Shown in pieces: positions 34,805 through 35,007 of a stretch of 35,007 nucleotides of DNA. Numbering within the stretch: position 1 is the first letter of the stretch; each line of letters begins with the position of its first letter. The position numbers and the translations under genes were made by a program. The notes below the pieces were generated by a model that had not been told where the DNA came from, searched no databases, and worked only from the letters and a program-made list of their open reading frames with translations. Source of the stretch: Nemertoderma westbladi (lineage: Eukaryota; Animalia; Xenacoelomorpha); assembly GCA_032718475.1 (NCBI GenBank), contig JAUCBJ010005272.1, forward strand, positions 1 to 35,007, given 5' to 3'.

Positions 34805-35007
34805 TATAATTGCGGGTGTAAGATAACCACCACATTCGGCTATATAGTTGCGGGTGTAAGATAACCACCACATTCGCCTATATAATTGCGGGTGTAAGAT
34901 AACCACCACATTCGGCTATATAATTGCGGGTGTAAGATAACCACCACATTCGGCTATATAATTGCGGGTGTAAGATAACCACCACATTCGGCTATATAGT
35001 TGCGGGT
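34805..35007. repeat. 38-bp tandem repeat, more than 5 units, runs off the window end
   Basis: Unit TATAATTGCGGGTGTAAGATAACCACCACATTCGGCTA. Confidence 0.95.

Overview
AT-rich, intron- and transposon-rich eukaryotic DNA, most likely a marine invertebrate (inferred from ShK domains and the RTE/CRE-type LINE mix). Hand-splicing the minus strand gives two tandem paralogous genes that the ORF track only fragments. Both encode a bacterial-looking zinc metallopeptidase domain (HEXXH ... [Y/F]-x6-EYFAE, the anthrax lethal factor/PPEP-1-type motif layout) followed by a ShK domain, with identical intron positions and phases. Gene A (exons 31663 down to 24529; 5' end not found; 683 aa visible) continues into an FN3 domain with an internal RVKR furin-type site, a transmembrane helix and a cytoplasmic tail, and has Phe where the catalytic Tyr is expected. 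Gene B (19928 down to 3263; predicted 375 aa) has a signal peptide, keeps the Tyr and probably ends just after ShK, so it would be secreted. A ~227-bp exonic tract is nearly identical between the otherwise diverged paralogs. Introns and intergenic DNA hold three copies of one young RTE-clade LINE (two inside minisatellites with 8-bp TSDs), several decayed LINEs and six tandem-repeat arrays. No RNA genes or CRISPR arrays were seen.
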